Virus record (IMG/VR): IMGVR_UViG_3300048694_001005
Coordinates: 116,566-180,565 of that record
Length of the DNA: 64,000 bases
Direction: 5' to 3' (one strand)
From: a virus
Below, piece after piece: positions 20,197 to 29,526 of this stretch. Position numbers and translations under genes: made by a program. Below the pieces are notes generated by a model, which was given only the letters and a program-made list of their open reading frames with translations, did not search any database and was not told the origin of the DNA. Each line of letters begins with the position of its first letter. Within the stretch, counting starts at the first letter, position 1.

Positions 20197-21068
20197 GTCA
20201 TAATGACTGGTTTCAAATTAGTTTGTCAAAAGGCGACATTTCTAATATTCAGTCCCCTTTTACAATTTCTTTCAATTTATCATCAAAAGTGCCTGACATG
20301 GATTTTAATTCTGCGGCTGACTATACTGCGCGGATAATTAATCAAAAATATAATAATTTACATCTATGTCTCAGTGGAGGCTTAGATAGTGAGTTTGTAG
20401 CTAAAGTGCTATTAAGAAACCAAATTCCTTTTACACCAGTGGTGGTAAATACGCCACACAATTCTGAAATCTGGTACGCACAAAAATTTTGTTATGAACA
20501 CAATCTTAAGCCTATAGTTTTTGATTTCTCTAGCAAAACGCAAGTGCAAAATAACTTTTATATGGGAGATTTAATTTGTTTAGCTTATGAAAAAGCTATT
20601 TCAATGAATTTACCAGTAGTTGAAGCACTTATATCTAATGTTATATCAAATTTATTACGGGATGACTCGATTAACTTAATAACAGGATTTGGAGACCCTT
20701 TGCCTATATCAAAAACATATGATGAACCCATGGGCGAAGTTGTAGAAATTAGTGATCACGATTATTATTTGGAATTGGAATATCAATCAAAACATCCCGG
20801 AGCTTTTTTCTCTTTTACTCCGGAACTCTTCAAATCAATGTTACAAAATATCGATACAACTCTCAATAGTCAGACAGCTAAGTCAAAGTTATATGACTTG
20901 CCGGTTAGACCTAAGTCTTTCTCATCTTTTGAATTTTGCAAGTACGTACTTGCGTCGCGAAATGCGGTCTATCAAAAAATAAATGAGAAGTTTCGTCGTT
21001 CCGACCAGTTGGCGTTTTTACAATTACCTAGATCAGAAGTTTATCAAATGTTGAGTGTCGATAAATAG
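20184..21068 (+). CDS. PP-loop (adenine nucleotide alpha hydrolase-like) protein
   Basis: LCLSGGLDSE motif. Confidence 0.55.
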   Translation: MLAIGHNDWFQISLSKGDISNIQSPFTISFNLSSKVPDMDFNSAADYTARIINQKYNNLHLCLSGGLDSEFVAKVLLRNQIPFTPVVVNTPHNSEIWYAQKFCYEHNLKPIVFDFSSKTQVQNNFYMGDLICLAYEKAISMNLPVVEALISNVISNLLRDDSINLITGFGDPLPISKTYDEPMGEVVEISDHDYYLELEYQSKHPGAFFSFTPELFKSMLQNIDTTLNSQTAKSKLYDLPVRPKSFSSFEFCKYVLASRNAVYQKINEKFRRSDQLAFLQLPRSEVYQMLSVDK

Positions 21069-21074
21069 ATGTAC

Positions 21075-21140
21075 AGCGGTCTTTTGGCGTCATCCCGCTT
21101 TACGAAATTCTGCCGCCTATGCTATAATCTAACATAGGAG
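21075..21140 (+). promoter_or_regulatory. Candidate pseudoknot / RBS-sequestering leader upstream of the queD unit
   Basis: AGCGG/CCGCT stem, loop GGCG pairs with CGCC (21114-21117), CCTATG/CATAGG hairpin covers SD. Confidence 0.45.
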
Positions 21141-21147
21141 AAATAAC

Positions 21148-21324
21148 ATGGCACAAGAACTAACTTACGAAGAATGGCGTTCTCTAAATACTGTAGTAAT
21201 TGATACAGGTGTGAGCGCAGCATTGAAACAACTGCACAACATCGATGCAGACGCTGAGGTTGAATCAGCAATGCGACGAGAATATGAAGCCTATCTCGCT
21301 CATGAAACATCTAAGGGAGATTAA
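21148..21324 (+). CDS. Small hypothetical protein (58 aa, not in ORF track)
   Basis: SD AGGAG at 21136-21140; MAQELTYEEW... Confidence 0.65.
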   Translation: MAQELTYEEWRSLNTVVIDTGVSAALKQLHNIDADAEVESAMRREYEAYLAHETSKGD

Positions 21325-21325
21325 T

Positions 21326-21802
21326 ATGGCCAAATACATCAGCACAAAAACCTACAGACAAATCGGACCAGTAGCCTACCGTCAGTGGCGCGCCGATAGT
21401 CATTGCAATCTCGTCCATGGATACGCACTGAGTTTCCACTTTGAGTTTGAATGTGATACTCTGGATGCTAGAAACTGGTGCATGGATTTCGGTGGTCTCA
21501 AACCACTCAAAGACAAACTGGAAGAATGGTTTGATCATACCCTGCTAGTGGCAGAAGATGATCCTCAGCGCGAAGAATTAATTCGACTAGGCAAGTTAGG
21601 ACTAGCCAAGATCACTGAAGTGGAAAAGACTGGTTGCGAAGGTCTAGCGGATTTTCTCTATGAGTATGTAAACACCATTTTCCTGCCGCAATACGGCGCA
21701 GCCGAAGCTGAACGTATTTGGTGCTGTAGAGTAGAAGTTCGTGAAACTGACAGCAACATGGCTATGCGGGTGGGTCATAGGTCGGACGCTGAGTTTGAAT
21801 AA
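21326..21802 (+). CDS. queD: 6-carboxytetrahydropterin synthase
   Basis: HC..VHGY, FDHT.L, GCE.LA, VEVRET motifs; ATG at 21326. Confidence 0.85.
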   Translation: MAKYISTKTYRQIGPVAYRQWRADSHCNLVHGYALSFHFEFECDTLDARNWCMDFGGLKPLKDKLEEWFDHTLLVAEDDPQREELIRLGKLGLAKITEVEKTGCEGLADFLYEYVNTIFLPQYGAAEAERIWCCRVEVRETDSNMAMRVGHRSDAEFE

Positions 21803-22007
21803 AGAGTTTGTTCTTAAGTGGCTGTCACATGCCATCATTGTGGCGGCCACAGTAGCCAATGCATTTGACTTTGTACCCTTAAACAAAGTATTATTTTTAC
21901 TTGGCTGCGTTTTATGGACTTGGGTAGGTTTGATTTGGCGGCAACCTAGTTTATGGACACTCAATATATTTTGTGGTTTGATTTACGTTATAGGATTAAT
22001 TAAATGA
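21795..22007 (+). CDS. Small membrane protein
   Basis: TTG start overlapping queD stop; about 3 hydrophobic segments. Confidence 0.55.
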   Translation: MNKEFVLKWLSHAIIVAATVANAFDFVPLNKVLFLLGCVLWTWVGLIWRQPSLWTLNIFCGLIYVIGLIK

Positions 22008-22297
22008 AATTGTTTGATCGATGGTTTATGAAAAAGTTTCGCTGGGCGTGGCAACATAGGCACGATGACGGTATTGAACCAGCAGTGCGTTCAACCGCAT
22101 CAATTGAAGAGGATAATCATAATCTAACTGATGGCGTAACCATTTACCTTAAACAAGTTATAGGTGGTAGATTAGTTTCTTTCCGCACTTACGATCGTAA
22201 GATGGATGAAAACAACACAAGAACCTATGTTATTACAGAAGATCAAAATTTTGAGCTGGAGTTAGGTAAGATTATTACACTGGAGAGCATGAGATAA
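22004..22297 (+). CDS. Hypothetical protein (paralog of next gene)
   Basis: GGRLVSFRTYDRKMDE motif. Confidence 0.6.
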   Translation: MKLFDRWFMKKFRWAWQHRHDDGIEPAVRSTASIEEDNHNLTDGVTIYLKQVIGGRLVSFRTYDRKMDENNTRTYVITEDQNFELELGKIITLESMR

Positions 22298-22617
22298 TGG
22301 GAAACTGGACTTTTACTGGTTGGTTTAGTAAAAACAAAAATAGGAATTTGGTTGGTTCCTCGTCGACAACATCACCTATGGTTTTTATGAATGCTCAAAC
22401 TGCGGGTCCAACGTCTGATAGAGATAAATTTATCAACGCTAATGGAATTACATTTACCGTTTACCCTGCAACTGGTGGTCATATTGTAGAATTTAGATCC
22501 TATGACTCTACAATGGATAGATTAACAACACGGTTGCATGTTATCCCAGAGGGCGAAGAATTCGCTCAACGGATAGCAGAAACTGTTACTTTGGAATGTT
22601 TGAGAGGAAAACAATGA
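22297..22617 (+). CDS. Hypothetical protein (paralog of previous gene)
   Basis: GGHIVEFRSYDSTMDR motif. Confidence 0.6.
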   Translation: MGNWTFTGWFSKNKNRNLVGSSSTTSPMVFMNAQTAGPTSDRDKFINANGITFTVYPATGGHIVEFRSYDSTMDRLTTRLHVIPEGEEFAQRIAETVTLECLRGKQ

Positions 22618-23459
22618 GCAAAATTAAGATTGCAGAGCTGTTCTACAGTATACAGGGAGAGGGCAGATACATGGGTGTGCCCAGTGTTTTCCTTAGAACC
22701 TTTGGTTGTAACTTTACTTGTAGTGGCTTTGGCATGCCGATTGGACAAAAGTCCACAGAGCGTGATGCGATTGCAGAACGTATTGATGAATATAAAAATT
22801 ATAATGAATTACCTTTGGTTTCTACAGGTTGCGACAGTTTCGCCAGTTGGGACGTGAGATTTAAACATCTTAGTCCAGTAATAGATACCAATGACATTGC
22901 AACAAAAATAATTGATATATTGCCCTACAAGGCCTGGCGTGATGAGCATTTGGTTATTACTGGCGGTGAGCCACTACTGGGTTGGCAGCGTAGCTATCCA
23001 GACTTGTTGAATCATCCATTAATGATCAACCTTAAAGAACTTACTTTTGAAACTAATGGAACGCAGCCCTTAAGTGACGAATTCGCACAGTATCTAATTG
23101 ACAAATGGTTGTATCGCAAAGACAGTTTGACTTTTAGTGTCAGTCCAAAATTGTCGGCATCTGGCGAATGTTGGTGTGACGCTATTAAACCTGAGATTGT
23201 AGTGGACTATGAGCGGCATGGTTACACGTATCTTAAGTTTGTAGTATCTACTGAAATGGATGTCAAAGAAGCATTGCAGGCAGTATCAGAATATCGTGCA
23301 GCGGGATTTACGGGTCCGGTATATTTGATGCCAGTGGGCGGAGTTGAAAGTGTTTATTCACTTAACAATAGGCGGGTTGCAGAGCTAGCTATGAAACATG
23401 GGCTACGCTACAGTGACAGATTACAAGTGCCGCTTTTCAAGAATGCATGGGGAACCTAA
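22614..23459 (+). CDS. queE: 7-carboxy-7-deazaguanine synthase (radical SAM)
   Basis: ELFYSIQGEG, LRTFGCNFTC...CDS, ITGGEPL, ETNG, SVSPK. Confidence 0.92.
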   Translation: MSKIKIAELFYSIQGEGRYMGVPSVFLRTFGCNFTCSGFGMPIGQKSTERDAIAERIDEYKNYNELPLVSTGCDSFASWDVRFKHLSPVIDTNDIATKIIDILPYKAWRDEHLVITGGEPLLGWQRSYPDLLNHPLMINLKELTFETNGTQPLSDEFAQYLIDKWLYRKDSLTFSVSPKLSASGECWCDAIKPEIVVDYERHGYTYLKFVVSTEMDVKEALQAVSEYRAAGFTGPVYLMPVGGVESVYSLNNRRVAELAMKHGLRYSDRLQVPLFKNAWGT

Positions 23460-23470
23460 AAGGAAAAATT

Positions 23471-24172
23471 ATGTCTTTAACTATTAAAATGATTACATTA
23501 TTGAAAAATCTTTTAAACACACAACAATCAGTAGCTACGCCGCCTAAAGCTGCGCCGGCTAAAGCTGCACCACCTAAAATTAGGAAAAAATCTAATAAAT
23601 TGACTAAGAAGCAAATAAGAATTATAGAATCATTAGAGGGACACCAATTGCCTATTAATATAGCAACTGGTGCAGATAATGCAGTTGGTCATTATGTTGA
23701 AAATTGGTTAGAAAATCAAGGCATCCCAATTGATAAATTTGCTGTTTGCGATTTGGCTGATGGCAAGGAGATCAAAACAAGGAAAAAAAGCAGCAGTGCC
23801 AAACACACCGTTGGGATTATGACATATGACAAAATTAATTGGTGTTCCTATGATACAAGCGATGTCAAGAAAAAACTTACATACCAAATAAGATTGGAAT
23901 GGAATGAACAGTTTTTTACCATAGACAAGGTTCAGTTCATGGATTTTAGAGATAAAGAAATACAGAAATTGCTTAAAAAAAGATATGATGCTTCTAAAGC
24001 AGCAGTAATTGCTGCTCAAAAGAATGGGTTTATCCGGCACAATTCATATGGTGATTTTGAGTATAAAGACGGTAACTGCTTTGCCTTTAGACTTCCAGAT
24101 GCGATTATGAAGCAAATTATTTCAATGTCAAAATCTTCTGGCTCGAGAAAAAATATATTTGATATCAAGTAA
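23471..24172 (+). CDS. Putative PD-(D/E)XK endonuclease (restriction-enzyme/MutH-like)
   Basis: GHYVE ... CDL.DG.EIKTR catalytic-like pattern. Confidence 0.5.
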   Translation: MSLTIKMITLLKNLLNTQQSVATPPKAAPAKAAPPKIRKKSNKLTKKQIRIIESLEGHQLPINIATGADNAVGHYVENWLENQGIPIDKFAVCDLADGKEIKTRKKSSSAKHTVGIMTYDKINWCSYDTSDVKKKLTYQIRLEWNEQFFTIDKVQFMDFRDKEIQKLLKKRYDASKAAVIAAQKNGFIRHNSYGDFEYKDGNCFAFRLPDAIMKQIISMSKSSGSRKNIFDIK

Positions 24173-24184
24173 AAAAGGATCCAA

Positions 24185-24526
24185 ATGTTTGACTATTTCA
24201 AAAAGCTATTTGGCAAGAAAACAAAAACCACAAAGGAACTGGCCACAGAACGTGGTGAGCCATATGTTAATGTATTAAGTGTGGATATTGATCCTAAAAG
24301 TCCCAAGACTGGTAGTTTTGAATTAGATTGGAATATTCACTTTATAGAACTGTTGCGTAAAAGTGGGTATGTAGGCAAAACGCAAGAACAAGTTATAGAT
24401 CAATGGTTTAACGACGTTTGCAGAAATGTGGTGTTGGAAAGCTATGAGCAAGAGCAAGCGGATCCTGCTAATCGCTCATTCGTTACCCGCAAACCTGTGG
24501 ATAAAAATCGTAGCGAAATTGGTTAG
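24185..24526 (+). CDS. Conserved hypothetical protein
   Basis: 113 aa; FELDWN..F...L...GY pattern. Confidence 0.6.
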   Translation: MFDYFKKLFGKKTKTTKELATERGEPYVNVLSVDIDPKSPKTGSFELDWNIHFIELLRKSGYVGKTQEQVIDQWFNDVCRNVVLESYEQEQADPANRSFVTRKPVDKNRSEIG

Positions 24527-24568
24527 ATTCTACTTGACTGCATAATTATATGCTGCTATTATAGCTGC

Positions 24569-25558
24569 ATGACTAGATACCTTATTGTTGACTTAGCGAA
24601 TACATTTTTCCGTGCCCGGCATGCCGCACATCGCAGTGCTGACATGTGGGATCGGTTAGGCTTTGCGGTACATGTGTCACTGGCTAGTATAGCCAAATGT
24701 TGGCGTGAGCAACGAGCTGATCATTGTGTAATTTGCTTGGAAGGTAGATCCTGGCGCAAGGACTTTTATAAGCCCTACAAAGCTAATCGTGCTGTAGCTC
24801 GCGCAGCCCTTACCGAAACAGAGCAGGAAGAAGATAAACTGTTTTGGGAAGCTTTTGATAATCTCAAAACATTCCTTGCTGAAAAATCTAACTGTACTGT
24901 ATTGCATCATAAAGAGCTTGAAGCTGATGATTTGATTGCAGGTTGGATTCGCAATCATCCCAACGATCATCACACCATTGTTAGCAGTGACAGTGACTTC
25001 CATCAACTACTTGCAGAAAATGTGAACCAATACAATGGTATTGCAGAAGAACTGCATACCCTAACAGGGATCTTTGATGATCGTGGTCGCGCAGTAGTTG
25101 ACAAGAAAACTAAAGAACCCAAGAAGATACCGGATCCCAAGTGGATTCTGTTTGAAAAATGTATGCGTGGTGATCCTACTGATAACGTGTTCAGTGCATT
25201 TCCTGGTGTGCGTGAAAAAGGCAGCAAGAACCGCGTTGGGTTACGCGAAGCATTTGCTGATAAAAACAGCAAGGGATTTGCTTGGAATAATCTCATGCTC
25301 CAACGATGGCTTGATCACAACAAAGAAGAACATCGCGTTTTGGATGATTACAATCGCAATGTGACATTAGTTGATTTGACCGCACAACCTGATGGTATTA
25401 AACTTAAGATTGATGAAACAATTCAAAACGTCCAGCCTAAGAATTCAAAAATGGTAGGTGCAAACTTTTTGAAATTCTGCGGCAAATATGAACTAAAACG
25501 CATCAGTGACCAAGTGGAAAGATATGTTGAATTTCTCCAAGCTGCTTACAAAAAATAA
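24569..25558 (+). CDS. 5'-3' exonuclease / RNase H (T4 Rnh-like, FEN family)
   Basis: IVDLAN, YKANR, EADDLI, SSDSDF.QL, GDPTDN motifs; sigma70-like promoter TTGACT(24534)-17-TATTAT. Confidence 0.9.
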   Translation: MTRYLIVDLANTFFRARHAAHRSADMWDRLGFAVHVSLASIAKCWREQRADHCVICLEGRSWRKDFYKPYKANRAVARAALTETEQEEDKLFWEAFDNLKTFLAEKSNCTVLHHKELEADDLIAGWIRNHPNDHHTIVSSDSDFHQLLAENVNQYNGIAEELHTLTGIFDDRGRAVVDKKTKEPKKIPDPKWILFEKCMRGDPTDNVFSAFPGVREKGSKNRVGLREAFADKNSKGFAWNNLMLQRWLDHNKEEHRVLDDYNRNVTLVDLTAQPDGIKLKIDETIQNVQPKNSKMVGANFLKFCGKYELKRISDQVERYVEFLQAAYKK

Positions 25559-26219
25559 ACGTAAAGACCTAAAATGGTTTGATGGTGAAGTGACGTGCGT
25601 CAATGCTGGTCCAGGCGCCGAAGAAAGTTTTTTTGAAAAGTTATTCAAACGACCTGCACCACTGATCCACAAAGATGATCGCAGGCTAGTGGGTAATTTC
25701 CTTAAACCCAATTTGGAACAAGGTCCCTGGATCGCAGGAGGTGCTCCGCTGCGTTGGTATCAAAACTTGTCTGTGGGTGATCATGATATTGATGTGTTTT
25801 TTGCCAACCAACAGCAGTTTGATGAACTATCAGAAATCGTTACTAAGCGACTGAGCGGATACATACTGTTCAATAGTGAACATGCACTAACGCTCAAGGC
25901 CTACGTAAATAATTTGGATTACAAGGTTCAATTGATCAAAAAATTCCGACCATCACTGGCTGATCTTTTGGATAATTTTGATATTACAGTATGCAAAATT
26001 GCCACAGATGGTGAATACTGGGTCAAGGGCCAAGACTTTGATCGTGATCTAGCTGCACGGGCATTGGTATTACACAATGAATTGAGGCCGGACAGCATTA
26101 AACGAGTGGTAAAATATATGCTGTATGGCTATGAGCCCAGCAATGAATTACTGGACCAAATTTACAACAACGCAGACCTACAGGTGAAATTTAGCGATGA
26201 TGAAGACTATAGAATGTGA
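25524..26219 (+). CDS. Nucleotidyltransferase (PolA/CCA head-domain-like)
   Basis: WIAGGAP ... DHDIDVFF ... FDITVC; start uncertain. Confidence 0.65.
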   Translation: MLNFSKLLTKNKRKDLKWFDGEVTCVNAGPGAEESFFEKLFKRPAPLIHKDDRRLVGNFLKPNLEQGPWIAGGAPLRWYQNLSVGDHDIDVFFANQQQFDELSEIVTKRLSGYILFNSEHALTLKAYVNNLDYKVQLIKKFRPSLADLLDNFDITVCKIATDGEYWVKGQDFDRDLAARALVLHNELRPDSIKRVVKYMLYGYEPSNELLDQIYNNADLQVKFSDDEDYRM

Positions 26220-26556
26220 TGAGCGGTATGGTGGTGTGTTGGCCTGGAGTCGCATCGACCCCAAACCCGTGTTAGTGCATGATACCAAGACTGGACAATA
26301 TATCACGTGTTGGAATGGTGCGGCCTTTCCCAGACGTGTTGGACTGGTATTAGCAGCCAAGTTTCTTTTTGGGTTGTACCCATCGCCGTCAGTGGTTAAG
26401 GAACTAGCCCAGGAATGTGCAGGTCTAAAGATGAAACTTAACCTTAGCAAAGTAGAGAATAGCATCGCCGCTGCCATTTTAATCTTGCGAAATAACACAG
26501 AGGATCGCAAGGATGTTTTGCGATGGTTTGATAAACGTAACGCAATGGAGGTTTAA
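26197..26556 (+). CDS. Hypothetical protein
   Basis: ORF in operon context. Confidence 0.45.
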   Translation: MMKTIECDERYGGVLAWSRIDPKPVLVHDTKTGQYITCWNGAAFPRRVGLVLAAKFLFGLYPSPSVVKELAQECAGLKMKLNLSKVENSIAAAILILRNNTEDRKDVLRWFDKRNAMEV

Positions 26557-26775
26557 ATGAACACACTGGAAGATCTGATAGTAAATTCTGATATTTTCGA
26601 CACCATCATGACGCGACGACTGGCAGAAGATATCAAATCAGTTAGTGATGATATCGCTCGCTTGCGTAAGATTAAACGACTGAAGCCATATCAGCAGGAG
26701 GATCTGGAAGCAAATCTGGAGATATTAGCAGCATTGAATCACGTTTATGACTATTATGGTGGACATCTGGAATGA
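26557..26775 (+). CDS. Hypothetical protein
   Basis: 72 aa with SD GGAGG. Confidence 0.65.
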   Translation: MNTLEDLIVNSDIFDTIMTRRLAEDIKSVSDDIARLRKIKRLKPYQQEDLEANLEILAALNHVYDYYGGHLE

Positions 26776-26942
26776 ATAGCTATGTAGTAGAGTTGGAAGA
26801 AGACGAATACGGTTACCTCATACTGCCATTGCCCGAAGATTTACTACGCAAAATGGGCTGGCGCGAGGGTGATACTATTAAATGGCATGACAATGGTGAT
26901 GGATCTTACAGTTTAACTAAAAAGAAGGCACAAGATGCGTAA
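26772..26942 (+). CDS. AbrB/MazE/SpoVT-like small protein (56 aa, not in ORF track)
   Basis: LILPLPEDLL.KMGW.EGD.I motif. Confidence 0.65.
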   Translation: MNSYVVELEEDEYGYLILPLPEDLLRKMGWREGDTIKWHDNGDGSYSLTKKKAQDA

Positions 26943-27486
26943 AGAATTTGATGAATTACTGTGCAGCAAATATCCCCTAATCTTCAAAGATAGGCATGGA
27001 GATATGACTAAAACAGCTATGGTCTGGGGGTTTGAATGTAGCGATGGATGGTTTACATTAATTGATAACCTTTGCCGCCAGTTGATGAATGATGTGACGC
27101 AATGTCAATATAGGCTTGAGCGCCAGGAACATATGGCCACCGTCACTGATAGGTCAGAATGGAATCAATGGCAGCTGGATAATTTCTCTGATGAGCAGTT
27201 ACAACTGGCGCGCACAGAATTAGCAGAAGCCATGGCCAAAGTACCAGTGGCAGTGCAGGTCAAGGAAAAATTTGGTGGTCTACGTTTTTATGTGCATGGT
27301 GGCACTGATAAACATCATGCCTTGATAAGTTTTGCAGAAGAGCTCAGCTACAAAATCTGTGAAGATTGTGGTGCGATGCAGGATACAAAAACTTATACGC
27401 AGGGCTGGAATAGAACGCTGTGTCCTACGCATGCGCTACAACATTATGGGGCTGATGCATTGGAACCTGAGGTAGGTCCAGTATGA
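26935..27486 (+). CDS. Conserved phage hypothetical protein
   Basis: CSDGWF, QVKEKFGGLRFY, CE.CG motifs. Confidence 0.65.
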   Translation: MRKEFDELLCSKYPLIFKDRHGDMTKTAMVWGFECSDGWFTLIDNLCRQLMNDVTQCQYRLERQEHMATVTDRSEWNQWQLDNFSDEQLQLARTELAEAMAKVPVAVQVKEKFGGLRFYVHGGTDKHHALISFAEELSYKICEDCGAMQDTKTYTQGWNRTLCPTHALQHYGADALEPEVGPV

Positions 27487-27905
27487 GCAACCTAGTTAAG
27501 CATGCAGAAAACGAACTCAAATCGGTGGGTATGTTAGACAGTGGCGAGGAAATGAATGAGTTCATGTGCAAGAATTTGCTGGACTTGATAAAAGTATTCT
27601 CAGAGCAGGGACATAGTGGCATGAGTGCTAGCTATTGCGTGGATATGTTTAGCAAATTGGCTAGATTTGAGCCGCTGGGTCCGTTAACTGGTGAGGACTG
27701 GGAATGGGTTGAAATCGCACAGCAAGATGGACCACTGTATCAAAATATTCGATGCAGCCATGTATTCAAGGATAATAACGGCGCATACGATATAGATGGC
27801 AAAGTTTTTATTGGAACATCTGGTGGGGCCTATACCAATAAGGACAGCAGAGTACCAGTGACCTTTCCCTATACACCCAAGACAGAGTATGTAAACGTAT
27901 TATGA
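27483..27905 (+). CDS. Hypothetical protein
   Basis: QGHSG.S, PLTGED.EW pattern. Confidence 0.6.
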   Translation: MSNLVKHAENELKSVGMLDSGEEMNEFMCKNLLDLIKVFSEQGHSGMSASYCVDMFSKLARFEPLGPLTGEDWEWVEIAQQDGPLYQNIRCSHVFKDNNGAYDIDGKVFIGTSGGAYTNKDSRVPVTFPYTPKTEYVNVL

Positions 27906-28261
27906 TTGATCATATTGTCATTACTGATCCGTTGCTTACCGCGTCACTGACGCCTAAGCCTTATATTTCTCAGCCAGCATATATAAATTCCCAACCCATG
28001 CGTAATGTAGTGGGCGAAGTCCATTACAACACTACCACTCAAATGATGGAAATCTTTGATGGACAGTCTTGGCGCTCAGTATCACAGGCCGTTACGCTTA
28101 ATGCAGGGCCTAGATTACATGCAGTAGTGAGCTGGGCCGAAAACAAGATGCGTGAAGAAGCAGAACTTGAAGCATTAATGGCAAAACATCCAGGGTTAAA
28201 AGAATCCAAGGAACGATTTGATATTATGCTGGCATTAACTAAAGAAACAACAAATGAGTGA
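27902..28261 (+). CDS. Hypothetical protein
   Basis: Overlapping start/stop with neighbours. Confidence 0.6.
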   Translation: MIDHIVITDPLLTASLTPKPYISQPAYINSQPMRNVVGEVHYNTTTQMMEIFDGQSWRSVSQAVTLNAGPRLHAVVSWAENKMREEAELEALMAKHPGLKESKERFDIMLALTKETTNE

Positions 28262-28520
28262 TAACAAAACCTGGAACGATTTGGTTCAAAGTATTTGGCC
28301 CAACGTAACTGCCGAACAAGCGGAGATATTGCTATGGGAAACCACTTGTTTTCCCATGGGCACAGCGGAGGACGTTGAGCGGCAATTACGAGAAAATTAT
28401 CAACGCAGCGGTGGCGATGTTGATCTAATTGTTAAGTTAGTGTATGCTGACATAGATCAACATATACAGGAGAATAGATTTTGGGAAGCACTAACAGATG
28501 ACTATGAAAACCGCAAATAA
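28254..28520 (+). CDS. Hypothetical protein
   Basis: Overlapping start/stop with neighbours. Confidence 0.55.
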   Translation: MSDNKTWNDLVQSIWPNVTAEQAEILLWETTCFPMGTAEDVERQLRENYQRSGGDVDLIVKLVYADIDQHIQENRFWEALTDDYENRK

Positions 28521-28989
28521 AGTAGACCCTATCACTAGTAATTGCAACATCAAATTGAAAGCAAAACCAGTCATAAACGACAGGTTTTGGATAGTGGACA
28601 ACGGTTCACAAAACGTTGGCACTATTGAAAAAACACAGGAAGGTGTAGTTTATTATTCTGGGCGCAAGCGTACCTTTTTTAAGAACATTAAAAGTCTTAC
28701 TAACGATCTAAATATTGTTATCAGCTACAGCGACAGCGCAAAAACTAAGCCAATTACTGATACTGGTAGTTTTCCTACAGCTACTAAACCACATAATGTT
28801 TTGTACGATGTAAAACATAAAACCTACGTGTTTACTAAAACATCTAAAAGCAAAAGTTATTATTGCGCTGGTTATTTTGCTGTACAATTAGCAGGCGTTT
28901 GGCAACAGGTATACTGCCCTAAGTTAATCACGATACAAAGATACCCATATCTTGGTCCATTTATGTCCGCTAAAGATATCAAAGTATAA
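28498..28989 (+). CDS. Hypothetical protein
   Basis: ORF in operon context. Confidence 0.6.
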   Translation: MTMKTANKVDPITSNCNIKLKAKPVINDRFWIVDNGSQNVGTIEKTQEGVVYYSGRKRTFFKNIKSLTNDLNIVISYSDSAKTKPITDTGSFPTATKPHNVLYDVKHKTYVFTKTSKSKSYYCAGYFAVQLAGVWQQVYCPKLITIQRYPYLGPFMSAKDIKV

Positions 28990-29198
28990 TGGGGTTACAT
29001 TTACAAAAGTTCAATCAACGACTACAAAATATGAATCAATCTGGTGGTCGAGAGCTGATATTGGGGGCTAAGGAAGCACGTGATCTACAGCATGAAATCT
29101 TTGCTTTGCTGGATCAAGTGTCAGAAATGGAGAAAAAACTTAAAAACCCTAATAATAACAGTACTGAACTAGCCGCAGATGGCGGTGGGTTCAAATAG
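28989..29198 (+). CDS. Hypothetical protein
   Basis: Coupled start/stop. Confidence 0.55.
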   Translation: MGLHLQKFNQRLQNMNQSGGRELILGAKEARDLQHEIFALLDQVSEMEKKLKNPNNNSTELAADGGGFK

Positions 29199-29226
29199 TT
29201 CATTAACTGATAGTATAAATATTAAT

Positions 29227-29526
29227 ATGTCTAGACCTAAACCAACCATATTAATTGAGCAAGTAAATAAAACCAATTATCGTTGCGATCAAATACTCAG
29301 TAGTGAAGGTATTTGGTCTGTAACTTTTGAAGGCAAGCCTATCAATTTGAAAAGTAGCAATATGCTAGTTAATTATCCTGGTCCAAAATACAAGAAAACC
29401 AGTTTCAGTAATCCAGGACATGCTATTAACCTAGCAAAAAAGTTAAATACGCAATTCAAAACTGACAAGTTTGAAGTAGTTTTATTGACGCACGGTGAAA
29501 AAATCTTTCCTAAAACGCAAGCATGA
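29227..29526 (+). CDS. Conserved hypothetical protein (MSRPKP start)
   Basis: ATG 29227 after TATAAATA (29214-29221). Confidence 0.6.
   Translation: MSRPKPTILIEQVNKTNYRCDQILSSEGIWSVTFEGKPINLKSSNMLVNYPGPKYKKTSFSNPGHAINLAKKLNTQFKTDKFEVVLLTHGEKIFPKTQA

Noticed and set aside
21075-21140. Assignment to a known preQ1 riboswitch class
   Set aside because: Lacks the conserved preQ1-I loop/A-rich tail and the preQ1-II/III architecture as I recall them; kept only as an unclassified candidate.
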